Of a stretch of 64,000 nt of DNA, positions 33,409-43,202 are shown one piece after another. The DNA lies in contig JBAXOG010000006.1 in NCBI GenBank assembly GCA_037133395.1, positions 1,036 to 65,035 on the forward strand, given 5' to 3'. A program made the position numbers and the translations under genes. The stretch is from a bacterium. GTDB lineage: Bacteria; Verrucomicrobiota; Kiritimatiellia; RFP12; UBA1067. The first letter of the stretch is position 1; the number at the start of each line of letters is the position of its first letter. The notes below the pieces were generated by a model that searched no databases, was not told the origin of the DNA, and was given only the letters and a program-made list of their open reading frames with translations.

Positions 33409-36348
33409 ATGCAATTGGGATGGAATGAGATCAAACAACGGGCAGTTCAATTCTCGCGGGAGTGGGCTGGCGAGACCCGTGAGGATGCCGAAGCAAAATC
33501 CTTTTGGGATGCTTTCTTCAATGTGTTTGGCATTCCACGGCGTAGCGTCGCCACTTTTGAGGAACCTGTCCGAAAGCTCAACAATCAGTATGGGTATATT
33601 GATCTTTTCTGGAAAGGACGACTCCTCGTCGAGCACAAGTCTCTTGGGAAAAGTCTCGATCAAGCCGAATCTCAGGCCTTCGATTATCTGCAATCCCTCG
33701 CCCGTGCAGGCCGCCATGATGAAATCCCGCGCTATGTGATCGTGACTGACTTTGACCGCCTCGCGCTTTTTGATCTCGAGCCCGATGATGTGAAAGGGTT
33801 ACCGATTTTTTGCGGCTTACATGTCCAGCGTGTCGAAATTCGAATAAAAGATTTGCATCGCCATATCCGCCTCTTTGGCTTTATTCCCGGTTATAAGGTC
33901 CGCACGTTCGCGCATGAAGACCCGATCAACATCAAGGCGGCGGAAGTCATGGGCCGACTGCACGATGCCATGAAAGCCGGAGGCTACACGGGACATGCCT
34001 TGGAGCGCTTCCTTGTCCGCATTCTTTTCTGCCTTTTTTCAGAAGACACAGGCATTTTTGATCCGAATGCTTTTACGGAATACATCGATAGCGAGACGCG
34101 CCGTGATGGTTCCGACCTCGGGCTACACCTCGCACGTCTCTTCCAGGTTCTCGACACCCCGCGTGAACAGCGCCAGAGGAATCTCGATGACCGCCTGCTG
34201 AACATGCCTTATGTGAACGGCGGACTGTTTGCCGAGGTTTTACCCCTTGCTGAGATGAATACGGAGATGCGGATTGCGTTGGTGCGCTGTACGTGTTTCG
34301 ACTGGAGCCGAATATCCCCTGCCGTCTTCGGTTCGCTGTTCCAGGCAATCATGTTGCCTGCAGAACGTCGCCAGATCGGGGCGCACTACACCTCCGAACG
34401 CGATATTCTCAAGCTGATACACGCGCTCTTTCTGGATGACTTGCGTGCGGAATTTGAATCCATTAAACATGATCGCAAAAAACTCGCTACTTTTCATCAG
34501 AAGCTGGGAACGCTCAAATTTTTCGATCCCGCCTGCGGGTGTGGCAATTTCTTAGTGATTACCTACCGCGAGTTGCGCCTCCTTGAACTGGACGTTCTCG
34601 ACGCATTGGGATATGGGGAACAGACCATTACCGACATCTCGTTGCTTTCCCACGTAGACGTCGATCAAATGTTCGGCATTGAAATCGAGGAATGGCCTGC
34701 CCGCATTGCTGAGACGGCCCTATGGCTGATGGATCATCAAATGAATCTTCTACTGGCTGAAAAGTTCGGCCAATATTATGTCCGCTTGCCACTCAAGAAA
34801 TCTGCCCGTATTTGTCATGACAACGCCTTGCGACTCAATTGGCGTTACGTGATCAATCCCGTTGAATGTTCTTATATTCTTGGCAATCCACCCTTTGTGG
34901 GCAAGCAGTCCCAGAACGCTCAGCAAAAAGAGGATATGGCGGCTATCTGGGGGGATGCAAAAGGATATGGGGTTCTCGACTATGTGACGTGCTGGTATAA
35001 GAAGGCCGCAGAGTTTATCCATGAAACAAACATCCAGGTCGGTTTTGTCTCTACTAATTCAATCACACAGGGCGAACAAGTGGGAGTTCTTTGGAACGCG
35101 CTTTTTAGACATGGCCTCCAATTGATTTTTGCGTACAGGACCTTTCCGTGGCAGAGCGAGGCACGCGGTAAGGCGCATGTGCATGTCGTTATAATTGGAT
35201 TTGCACAAACGTTCCATGAAAAAAAACGTATTTTTGAAGAAATCGGCGACAAAGTCGTTGTTAATGAAGTACGCAACATTAGCCCCTATCTTGTAGAGGG
35301 CGGCAACACTGTATTGCTAAATCGTGAACAACCTCTCTGTAATGTATGTGAGATTGGAATGGGCAACCAGATGATCGATGCCGGCCATTATCTCTTTACG
35401 CCTGAAGAAAAATCGGCTTTTATAGCCATTGAATCCGCTTCAGAACCTTGGTTCAGACGTTGGATTGGTTCTGAAGAGTTTATAAACGGAATTGAACGTT
35501 GGTGTCTGTTATTAAGAGACTGCCCGCCTGATCAGTTGCGAAAGATGCCCGAGGCAATGAAACGCATCGAAGCCGTACGCGCATCCCGTCTTGCTAGTAA
35601 GCGGACATCTACGATCAAACTTGCAAAGACACCAACAAGGTTCCAGGTTGAAAACTTTCCAACAGTGCCTTTCTTGGTGATACCTGAAGTCAGTTCCGAA
35701 AAAAGGTATTATATTCCGATGGCATTTATGTCGCCCGCTCAAATGGTTTGTAGCAATAAAGTACGCCTTCTCCCATCCGCAACCCTTTTCCATTTTGGCG
35801 TGCTAACATCCGCAATGCACATGGATTGGATGCGACATGTTACTGGCAGGCTAAAGTCCGATTATCAGTATTCCGTGAAGCTGGTCTATAATAATTTTCC
35901 ATGGCCACAGTTAGATGTGTCCATTCCGGACTACGGCACGCCTTGCGCCGATGAGAACTGCGTCAAAGAGGCAGCGGCGCGGTCGTATTGGACTTCTTAC
36001 CATGAAGGCAGCGTAGAAGAAGAGGCGAAGGCCAAAGAGCGGCACAGGGCCGGGCTCCTCAAGGGTGATGCGAAAAAAGTGGCTGCCGTGGAGGCGAAGG
36101 CGCAGGCGGTACTGGACGTCCGTGAGAAATATCCGCGCTCGACACTGGCTGATCTGTACGACCCATCATCCATGCCGAGTGATCTCGTAAAGGCCCACGC
36201 CGACCTTGATCGTGCTGTTGACCGTTGCTATCGAACCGCGCCCTTTACCTCCGACCGCCAGCGCGTCGAATTCCTCTTCGCCCTCTATGAGTCCCTGACT
36301 GCCCCGCTTCTACCGGTGGAAAAGAAGTTGAGAAAGAAAAAAACTTAA
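33409..36348 (+). CDS. MmeI-family (Type IIL) single-polypeptide restriction-modification enzyme
   Basis: N-terminal PD-(D/E)xK-like YIDLFWKGRLLVEHKS (D-x9-E-x-K). SAM motif FFDPACGCGNFLV. Catalytic ILGNPPFVG. Typical family C-terminus LADLYDPSSMPSDLVKAHADLDRAVDRCY...SDRQRVEFLFALYESL. Confidence 0.85.
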   Translation: MQLGWNEIKQRAVQFSREWAGETREDAEAKSFWDAFFNVFGIPRRSVATFEEPVRKLNNQYGYIDLFWKGRLLVEHKSLGKSLDQAESQAFDYLQSLARAGRHDEIPRYVIVTDFDRLALFDLEPDDVKGLPIFCGLHVQRVEIRIKDLHRHIRLFGFIPGYKVRTFAHEDPINIKAAEVMGRLHDAMKAGGYTGHALERFLVRILFCLFSEDTGIFDPNAFTEYIDSETRRDGSDLGLHLARLFQVLDTPREQRQRNLDDRLLNMPYVNGGLFAEVLPLAEMNTEMRIALVRCTCFDWSRISPAVFGSLFQAIMLPAERRQIGAHYTSERDILKLIHALFLDDLRAEFESIKHDRKKLATFHQKLGTLKFFDPACGCGNFLVITYRELRLLELDVLDALGYGEQTITDISLLSHVDVDQMFGIEIEEWPARIAETALWLMDHQMNLLLAEKFGQYYVRLPLKKSARICHDNALRLNWRYVINPVECSYILGNPPFVGKQSQNAQQKEDMAAIWGDAKGYGVLDYVTCWYKKAAEFIHETNIQVGFVSTNSITQGEQVGVLWNALFRHGLQLIFAYRTFPWQSEARGKAHVHVVIIGFAQTFHEKKRIFEEIGDKVVVNEVRNISPYLVEGGNTVLLNREQPLCNVCEIGMGNQMIDAGHYLFTPEEKSAFIAIESASEPWFRRWIGSEEFINGIERWCLLLRDCPPDQLRKMPEAMKRIEAVRASRLASKRTSTIKLAKTPTRFQVENFPTVPFLVIPEVSSEKRYYIPMAFMSPAQMVCSNKVRLLPSATLFHFGVLTSAMHMDWMRHVTGRLKSDYQYSVKLVYNNFPWPQLDVSIPDYGTPCADENCVKEAAARSYWTSYHEGSVEEEAKAKERHRAGLLKGDAKKVAAVEAKAQAVLDVREKYPRSTLADLYDPSSMPSDLVKAHADLDRAVDRCYRTAPFTSDRQRVEFLFALYESLTAPLLPVEKKLRKKKT

Positions 36349-36479
36349 GATTTTCTTTGAGCTATCAAACGATTAATTGAATGTATCAACCACCAAGATT
36401 GCCTTGTTATTGATTGCTGAACCATCCGTGGCAACAATAACTTCCTTATGATAATCACCCATGTCGGCTTTGCTAGGTG

Positions 36480-37040
36480 CTATTTAGGCAGATTGTCTGC
36501 TAGACGTTTTCCCTTGTGGCTGACGGCATCGGGATAGTCTTGCCTGATCTCATCAAAGAGAGCCTTCGCCTCTTTATCTTTGCCTTTTTCTTTATAATAG
36601 TAGCCCAGGTAGAGCCTTGCATACGCACCGACTTGGACACCGCTGCCATAGTAGCAATCGCCAAAATCCTTGATGGCCAGTTTCAGATACTTTTCTTTCT
36701 CCTCCCCAGCTGACATCTGCCCCATATACTGGACAGCGCATCCTGTCCGGTTCGCCTTGGGAAACTTTTCAATGAGCTTCTTTAAACTCTCTTTTGCCTC
36801 CGGGGTGTTCCACTGTTTATTGGCCACTTGATAGAGCTTCTCTATTTCACGAAGTTCGTCTATGGAATAGGTCTTCCGGTCTTCTTCAAACCGCTTGCGG
36901 ATGACTTCTTTGCGATCTGTTGCTTTGCTGTCCGCGACAGTAGTAGCTCCTTGCTTAATCGCTGCCGTTTCCGCACGAGTATTCCCATCCGGAATCACAA
37001 GCGAGAGGATCACGCTTATGAGTGTCAGTGATTTTTTCAT
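36480..37040 (-). CDS. Secreted/lipoprotein TPR-repeat protein
   Basis: Signal peptide MKKSLTLISVILSLVIP. TPR-like segments (YARLYLGYYYKEKGKDKEAKALFDEIRQDYPD). Confidence 0.6.
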   Translation of the reverse strand: MKKSLTLISVILSLVIPDGNTRAETAAIKQGATTVADSKATDRKEVIRKRFEEDRKTYSIDELREIEKLYQVANKQWNTPEAKESLKKLIEKFPKANRTGCAVQYMGQMSAGEEKEKYLKLAIKDFGDCYYGSGVQVGAYARLYLGYYYKEKGKDKEAKALFDEIRQDYPDAVSHKGKRLADNLPK

Positions 37041-37052
37041 TGATTATCTTTA

Positions 37053-37655
37053 TTAGGCTGATATCTTTTTTGCAACTCTCGCCACATGCGCGCCTTGGAA
37101 ACGAGCGATTTTGAGTTCGTTCTCAGAGGGCTGACGGCTGCCATCCGCGCCTGCAAGCGTACTTGCGCCGTAGGGTGTGCCGCCGGTGATTTCACTCATG
37201 TTCGTGAGTTCAGGGCAGGCATACGGGACGCCCACGACGATCATGCCGTGATGAAAGAGCGTGGTATGAAACGAAGTGATCGTTGTCTCTTGGCCGCCGT
37301 GCTGTGTGCCTGTGGAAATAAATACACTCCCCACCTTACCCACCAGCTTCCCGCCAGCCCATAATCCGCCCGTGCGATCTAGGAAATTGCGCATTTGCGC
37401 GCACATGTTGCCGAAACGTGTCGGTGTGCCGAAGATGATTGCATCGTAGTTCGACAACTCCTCCACGGTCGCAAGCGGTGCTGCCTGATCAACCTTGGCT
37501 CCAGCCTTTCGTGCAGCCTCTTCTGTCATCAGATCGGGAATGCGCTTAAGGGTAACTTCCGTGCCTTCAACGCTGCCCGCGCCTTCAGCCACTGCTTTTG
37601 CCATCGTCTCGACGTGACCATACATGCTGTAATAAACAACCAGAACCTTTGCCAT
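37053..37655 (-). CDS. wrbA: NAD(P)H:quinone oxidoreductase, flavodoxin-like
   Basis: [26 protein letters not shown]... is almost identical in layout to E. coli WrbA. The track ORF (start 37775) was trimmed to Met41. Confidence 0.9.
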   Translation of the reverse strand: MAKVLVVYYSMYGHVETMAKAVAEGAGSVEGTEVTLKRIPDLMTEEAARKAGAKVDQAAPLATVEELSNYDAIIFGTPTRFGNMCAQMRNFLDRTGGLWAGGKLVGKVGSVFISTGTQHGGQETTITSFHTTLFHHGMIVVGVPYACPELTNMSEITGGTPYGASTLAGADGSRQPSENELKIARFQGAHVARVAKKISA

Positions 37656-37784
37656 AAACGTGTCTCCTTGTTTGGTGTGTAACCTTGAAAGTAGCATAGT
37701 GCTTCTCTGATCAAAGGACAAGGGGAAATTCACACCCTCGCACTTCTTGCATAGCACGAGGGGCTTTTGATACACTTGTTAATC

Positions 37785-39158
37785 ATGAATGTCCAATTTG
37801 CTCACGATTATTTTGAAACGAACCGCCCAGCCATCATGGATGAGTGGTTTGATTTTCTGCGTATTCCAACCATTGGTACGGATCCCAAGCGGTTGAAGGA
37901 GTGCGCTCGTTGCGCCGCTTGGTTGAAACAATTTTTGCGTCCGCTCGGGTTTGATGTTGAAATTTTGACACCGTCCGCCGGGCGTCCTGTGCCAGTCGTC
38001 TTTGCTGAACGCCTGGGCGAACATAGCGCCATGAATGTGCTCTTTTATGGACATTACGATGTCCAGCCCGAAGATCCGTTGAGTGAATGGAAAACGCCGC
38101 CGTTTGAACCGACGCTGATTGAGGAGCGCGTGTATGCGCGTGGCGCTCAGGACAATAAAGGCCAGCTCTTTGGTTTCCTCCAAGGGGTCAAGGCGCTGAT
38201 CGAAGCCGGCAAGCCTTTGCCCACGTTGAAGGTGCTGATTGAAGGACAGGAGGAGAGCGGCAGTGAGGCCATCTCGCTTCTTGCACCCGAAATGGCATCC
38301 CGCATCCGTGCAGATGTCATGATGGTCTGCGATACATCAAGCGGACCGGACAAGCAGCCCTCTATCGTTGCAGGACTTCGCGGCGTGCAGCATTTTACGG
38401 TCACACTGACAGGGCCGGATCACGATTTGCATTCCGGTGTGCATGGAGGGGTGGCTCCAAACCCTGCTCAGGGCATGGCGAGATTGCTCACGTCCCTTCA
38501 CAACCCTGACGGTTCAATCGCGGTAGCTGGTTTCAGCGACAAGGTGTGTCCGCCGAGTGCTGAAGAACGCGAACACGCGGTGAAAGCGGCCATCTCCGAT
38601 GAGCAATATGAAAAGGAGATCGGATGTCCCCCGGCAGGTGGCGCAGAAAACATGCATATGATTTTGCGCGGCAGTTTTATGCCAACCATTGAGATCAATG
38701 GCATTCACACGGGATACGGCGGCCCAGGGTCCAAGACCGTGATTCCTGCGTCAGCGCTGGCCAAGATCAGCATGCGCCTTGTCCCTGGCCAGATTCCGAG
38801 TGAAACATATTTAGCGGTGCAAAAGCATTTGGAAGCGCATTGCCCGCGTGGCATGAAGGTCGCATTATCAGAAGCCTGCCGAGGTGCCCCCGGCTTCCGG
38901 CTCCCACTTAATTCGCCCATCTTCCGTCTCGCGGCGGAGGTGCTGGGGCAGATGGATCCGCGGGGTGCACTTTTCCGCTGGGAAGGCGCATCGATTCCCA
39001 TCGTTGCAACGTTGCAAGCCATTTCAGGTGCCGCGCCTTTGTTGGTGGGCTTCGGACGCGAGGAAGATAAGATTCATTGTCCAAATGAGTCGTTCGGTGT
39101 TGATCAATTGGTACAATGTATGACCTGGTCAGCGATGATGCTGCATGCGCTGAAATAA
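37785..39158 (+). CDS. M20-family metallopeptidase (dipeptidase/ArgE-DapE-like)
   Basis: LFYGHYDVQP, GAQDNKGQ, EGQEESGS metal-ligand motifs. The start could be 37767 or 37785. Confidence 0.85.
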   Translation: MNVQFAHDYFETNRPAIMDEWFDFLRIPTIGTDPKRLKECARCAAWLKQFLRPLGFDVEILTPSAGRPVPVVFAERLGEHSAMNVLFYGHYDVQPEDPLSEWKTPPFEPTLIEERVYARGAQDNKGQLFGFLQGVKALIEAGKPLPTLKVLIEGQEESGSEAISLLAPEMASRIRADVMMVCDTSSGPDKQPSIVAGLRGVQHFTVTLTGPDHDLHSGVHGGVAPNPAQGMARLLTSLHNPDGSIAVAGFSDKVCPPSAEEREHAVKAAISDEQYEKEIGCPPAGGAENMHMILRGSFMPTIEINGIHTGYGGPGSKTVIPASALAKISMRLVPGQIPSETYLAVQKHLEAHCPRGMKVALSEACRGAPGFRLPLNSPIFRLAAEVLGQMDPRGALFRWEGASIPIVATLQAISGAAPLLVGFGREEDKIHCPNESFGVDQLVQCMTWSAMMLHALK

Positions 39159-39324
39159 ATAATCGCCCCGCCCGGGGTACCGGGAATAAACTGACGGGTA
39201 ACTTTTTTCTCACAGAGGCATTCGCCTACGCGAATACGTGTACGGCGGACAGGCAGAGCGTACAGAGTTTTGAACCACCCGGATCGACAAAGCTCGCGAC
39301 AAAGTATTTGAAAAACGTACCACT

Positions 39325-39359
39325 GAATAAGGCAATAAGGCAATCACGCAATAAGGCAT
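39325..39359. repeat. 'AATAAGGCAAT' family copy
   Basis: GAATAAGGCAATAAGGCAATCACGCAATAAGGCAT, in the M20-DoxX spacer. Confidence 0.8.
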
Positions 39360-39438
39360 AAACGTATTCGCTTCGCGAAATTTCTTCAAGTTACAGGCGA
39401 GGTTTTGTAGAACGAGAAATATTGAATAGGGGGACAAG

Positions 39439-40926
39439 TTGAAAAAGACGATGGTCATCACGGTGTTACGCATGCTGATTGGCTGGCACTTTCTGTATGA
39501 GGGGATTTGGAAGCTCATCCAGCCAGGCGGGTGGTCGGCCATGGGCTTTCTGAAAACGAGCCAGTGGTTCGCCGCTCCGCTTTTCCACCACATCGCGGAG
39601 ACGTCTTGGCTGTTGCGGACGTGCGACCTGATGAATATGTGGGGGCTTACGCTGATCGGTCTGGGGCTGCTCTTCGGCGTCCTGGTTCGTCCTGCGGCGG
39701 CAAGTGGTATCTTGTTGCTGGCCTGCTACTATGTCGCCCAGCCACCGTTTCTCGCGGCGTCTTCCGAGGGACATTACCTGTGGATCGATCGTAATGCGGT
39801 AGAGGCCGTCGCGTTGCTGGCAGTCCTGTTCTTGCCTTCTTATGATTTGGGTGGCTTTATCGCGGGCTGGTTCTGTAAGCAGATCCGGCGCCGCGATCCG
39901 GCGGCAGACGGTGGAAGCGGACTGGGTGTCAAGTCGGCTGGACGGCGCGACTTGCTGCTGAGCCTCACGTCGTTGCCGATCATCGGCGCGTTCGGCTACG
40001 CCTTCCTCCGCAAGCACGGTCCAGTTTGGGAGCGAGAAAACCTGAAGGGCAAACCGGATGCTGTGACCAGTGCCACCATTAAGACCTTCGATTTTCTGGA
40101 TATCAAGGACCTGAAGAAGCCGATCGACAAATACGGCAAGATCGGCAACCTGAAGCTCAGCCGCATGTTTCTGGGCGGAAACATGATGGGGGGCTGGGCG
40201 CATGCGCGCGACTTGCTTTACACGGACAAACTGGTCAAAGCCTATCACTCCGACTGGCGCATCTTTCGCACGTTCCACATGGCCGAGCAGTGCGGCATCA
40301 ACGCCATCCTAACCAATCCAGCCCTGATGCGCGTGATCAACGACTACTGGAAGAAAGAAGGCGGCAAGATCCAGTTTATCTCGGATTGCGGCCATCCAGA
40401 AGGATTGATCCGCGGTGCACAGCTCTCGGTCGAAAACGGAGCATCTGCCGTTTATACCCATGGCGGTGTGTCGGACGGTTGGGCGAAGAACGGCGAAGCC
40501 AAGAAGTTCGCGGACACACTGGCCGCGATGCGCAAGTTGGGTGTACCCGCCGGCATCGGCGCGCACAATCTGGACACGGTCAAGTTCTGCGTCGAGCACG
40601 GAATCATCCCCGATTTCTGGATGAAAACCCTGCACCGGACCAATTATTGGTCGGCACGACCTGGCGAACCGCAACGCGACAACATCTTCTGTACGAACCC
40701 CGATGAAACGGTCGCCTACATGGAGAAGCTGGAACAACCGTGGATCGCGTTTAAGGTTTTAGCGGCAGGAGCCATCCTTCCCAAAGACGCGTTCCCTTAT
40801 TCGTTCAAGAGTGGGGCGGACTTCATCTGCGTCGGAAACTACGACTTCCAGCTTGTCGAGAATGTTAATCTGCTCAACGATGTATTGGATGGAAAGATCG
40901 ATCGCAAGCGCCCGTGGCGGGCGTAA
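39439..40926 (+). CDS. DoxX-family membrane domain fused to an uncharacterised ~330-aa soluble domain
   Basis: N-terminus VLRMLIGWHFLYEGIWKL plus ~4 predicted TM helices (DoxX-like). The C-terminal part has alternating beta/alpha-like pattern with no motif I recognise. Uses a TTG start. Confidence 0.55.
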   Translation: MKKTMVITVLRMLIGWHFLYEGIWKLIQPGGWSAMGFLKTSQWFAAPLFHHIAETSWLLRTCDLMNMWGLTLIGLGLLFGVLVRPAAASGILLLACYYVAQPPFLAASSEGHYLWIDRNAVEAVALLAVLFLPSYDLGGFIAGWFCKQIRRRDPAADGGSGLGVKSAGRRDLLLSLTSLPIIGAFGYAFLRKHGPVWERENLKGKPDAVTSATIKTFDFLDIKDLKKPIDKYGKIGNLKLSRMFLGGNMMGGWAHARDLLYTDKLVKAYHSDWRIFRTFHMAEQCGINAILTNPALMRVINDYWKKEGGKIQFISDCGHPEGLIRGAQLSVENGASAVYTHGGVSDGWAKNGEAKKFADTLAAMRKLGVPAGIGAHNLDTVKFCVEHGIIPDFWMKTLHRTNYWSARPGEPQRDNIFCTNPDETVAYMEKLEQPWIAFKVLAAGAILPKDAFPYSFKSGADFICVGNYDFQLVENVNLLNDVLDGKIDRKRPWRA

Positions 40927-40959
40927 AAAATTATTAAAGTAAAGAGAAGGAGAAAGACG

Positions 40960-42153
40960 ATGCAGCGAAAATATTGGGGTGTGGTTTTACTTGGGGCGGT
41001 TGTGAGCGTGGGTTATGCGGGGGATCAGGCGATGACGATTTCCGTCGATTCGCCTGCGTTTGTTTTTTCGCCGGGCAACTGGGTAGGCGATGCTGGACGC
41101 GGTGGTAAGGTGTTCCGGCAGACGTGGAACCCGGGTGCTTATTTTCGGGTGACGTGGGAGTCGGATTCGACGAACACGGTGCCGACACTTCTGCTGGATG
41201 CCTCGACGTATGACGGCTCTTTTGGTCCGCCTAAGCTCGCGTGTAATCTGGATGGAATTTGGAGTGGCGATCTTTCCTGTGCGAAAGAGGTCGCTGTACC
41301 CGGTATGAACCCGCGCATCAAGAAGCATGTGCTGATCGGTTATCTGAAAACCTCAGCGCAGGTGAAGCGCTGGGGCTCAGCAGACGCGAGTGGGTTAAAT
41401 GTTGTTCGTGTCACGGGGCTTCGGGTGGGAAGCGACAGCAAACTGGGTGTCGACGCTGCCCAGCCGAAATGGGCGCTGATCGTGGGCGACAGTATCACCG
41501 AGGGTTGCGGTGCGAATGAACTTGAAGGCTATTCCCATTTGGTGGGGCAGGCCTTCCGGTCACTGGGCTACGAGTATGCGCTGAGCGCCTGCGGCTGGAG
41601 CGGCTGGTTGCACCGGGGTGATAATCCGCCGGGTGATGTGCCCGGTTATTATGTGATTTCGAATTCGGTCAACGGGGCAGGGGGTCAGTATTTCGATGCC
41701 TTGAGCCGTTGGAACAAGATCGACTCGCTTCATTCGTTGTTGGATGCCAATGGCCGCATCAGTGCGTTTGGCGCGGTTGGACAAGAGCCGTCGGTGATCC
41801 TGATCAACTACGCCACGAATGATGCGATCCACCCGACAAACACGAGCGATTTGCAGGCCAGCATGGCCCAGGGGCTTGAGGCGTTGCGGAAGGCCGCTCC
41901 TGACGCGCACCTCTTCTTCATCATTCCCTTCGGCCAATACCGGGTGAAAGAGATCCGTCAGACGGTCGATAGCTATCAAGGGGCTCATCCGGGCGACCGC
42001 CGGATCTCAATCATTGATCTGGGGCCTGATGCGGCTCGGGCGCTCACACCCAAGAGCGGCTATTGGGGCGGGTTGCATCCGAATCCCCGCGCCCATGCGA
42101 CGTTTGCCGCCCAGATCATCGTGCAGATCATGACTCAGCTCTCCGTTCGTTAA
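40960..42153 (+). CDS. Secreted SGNH/GDSL-family hydrolase
   Basis: Signal peptide. Block I LIVGDSITEG, block III NYATNDA, block V GGLHPNPRAH. Confidence 0.7.
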   Translation: MQRKYWGVVLLGAVVSVGYAGDQAMTISVDSPAFVFSPGNWVGDAGRGGKVFRQTWNPGAYFRVTWESDSTNTVPTLLLDASTYDGSFGPPKLACNLDGIWSGDLSCAKEVAVPGMNPRIKKHVLIGYLKTSAQVKRWGSADASGLNVVRVTGLRVGSDSKLGVDAAQPKWALIVGDSITEGCGANELEGYSHLVGQAFRSLGYEYALSACGWSGWLHRGDNPPGDVPGYYVISNSVNGAGGQYFDALSRWNKIDSLHSLLDANGRISAFGAVGQEPSVILINYATNDAIHPTNTSDLQASMAQGLEALRKAAPDAHLFFIIPFGQYRVKEIRQTVDSYQGAHPGDRRISIIDLGPDAARALTPKSGYWGGLHPNPRAHATFAAQIIVQIMTQLSVR

Positions 42154-42174
42154 CCCGAAAAAAAGGAGAATTTT

Positions 42175-43191
42175 ATGGCAAACATTTCACGCCGTCAATA
42201 CCTCGAAGGATCACTTGTTGCCGCTGCCGCTGTGGGCGTCGGGAGCCATCTCCGGGCCGCCGAGGCTCCGGCTGTCACTGCTACCCAGCAGGTTCATTCT
42301 CCCGGGCGCCCCCGCATTCCAAAGGTGTCGGGACGATTCATCAACATCTACAAGCCGCAGGCGGATGTGTACACCTTGCCCACCGTTACGACTAAGCCGA
42401 TCGACGGCAGCATCACCTACAAGCAGGGTGTGACCTATCCGGACTGGCGGACAAATGATCACACGTTCCTCAAAGACAACAATAACCGGTGGCACTGTTT
42501 CGGCATCACGAGGCCCTGGGTCTCTGGCGATAACGGCCACTCGGGTGAGGGATTGTGTTTTCACGCTATCGCGCCGGAAGGTACGTTCGCGCAGGCGGCC
42601 ACGTTCCAGTCGTGGCGTGATCTGCCCAAAATAACGGTGGGCGATTGCGGCTGGGCTCCTGCGTCCGTGAAGATTGGCCAAGAATATTCGTTGGTTGGTT
42701 CCCGTCTCGGGCGTGTGACCTCCACGGATTTGCTCACGTGGACGGATAGGGGAAGGCTGAATGCGAAAGGGGGAAACCGCGACCCTTACATCCTGCATTG
42801 GGACAACACCTATTACCTCCTGCGCTGTGATGGCAACGGAATCAGTTTGATCACTTCAGCGGACTTCATCACTTGGTCAGCCCCGATTACGATTTACAAG
42901 CCGAACAAAGAGAGTTACCAAACCGAATCGCCCGTCCTCATCCCTTATGGCGGGCTGTTCTATTTGTTCTGGACCCTGTGGGACATGGCGGATCCGACGA
43001 CGGGCGGCTACTGTCCGCGGTCCTTTGTTCATTGCTCGGAGTCGCCACTGGACTTTCATAATAAGCCAGTTCTGGCCGAATACACGGTCCATGCGCCAGA
43101 GATCATCCAAGACGAAAGCGGGCAGTGGTACATGTCCAGTGTCGACCACCCACACCGCGGGATCAGTGTCGCTCCACTGTCCTGGGAATAG
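42175..43191 (+). CDS. TAT-secreted five-bladed beta-propeller glycoside hydrolase (GH43-like)
   Basis: Twin-arginine signal SRRQYLEGSLVAAAAVG. Candidate catalytic-type motifs NDHTF, RDPYIL and ESPVLI in propeller spacing. Confidence 0.55.
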   Translation: MANISRRQYLEGSLVAAAAVGVGSHLRAAEAPAVTATQQVHSPGRPRIPKVSGRFINIYKPQADVYTLPTVTTKPIDGSITYKQGVTYPDWRTNDHTFLKDNNNRWHCFGITRPWVSGDNGHSGEGLCFHAIAPEGTFAQAATFQSWRDLPKITVGDCGWAPASVKIGQEYSLVGSRLGRVTSTDLLTWTDRGRLNAKGGNRDPYILHWDNTYYLLRCDGNGISLITSADFITWSAPITIYKPNKESYQTESPVLIPYGGLFYLFWTLWDMADPTTGGYCPRSFVHCSESPLDFHNKPVLAEYTVHAPEIIQDESGQWYMSSVDHPHRGISVAPLSWE

Positions 43192-43202
43192 AATAAAAAA
43201 AA

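Noticed and set aside
33409-36348. MmeI-like methyltransferase considered as BREX PglX
   Set aside because: No brxA/B/C, pglZ or brxL in the neighbourhood. The size (979 aa) and the N-terminal D-x9-ExK nuclease motif fit a stand-alone Type IIL enzyme.
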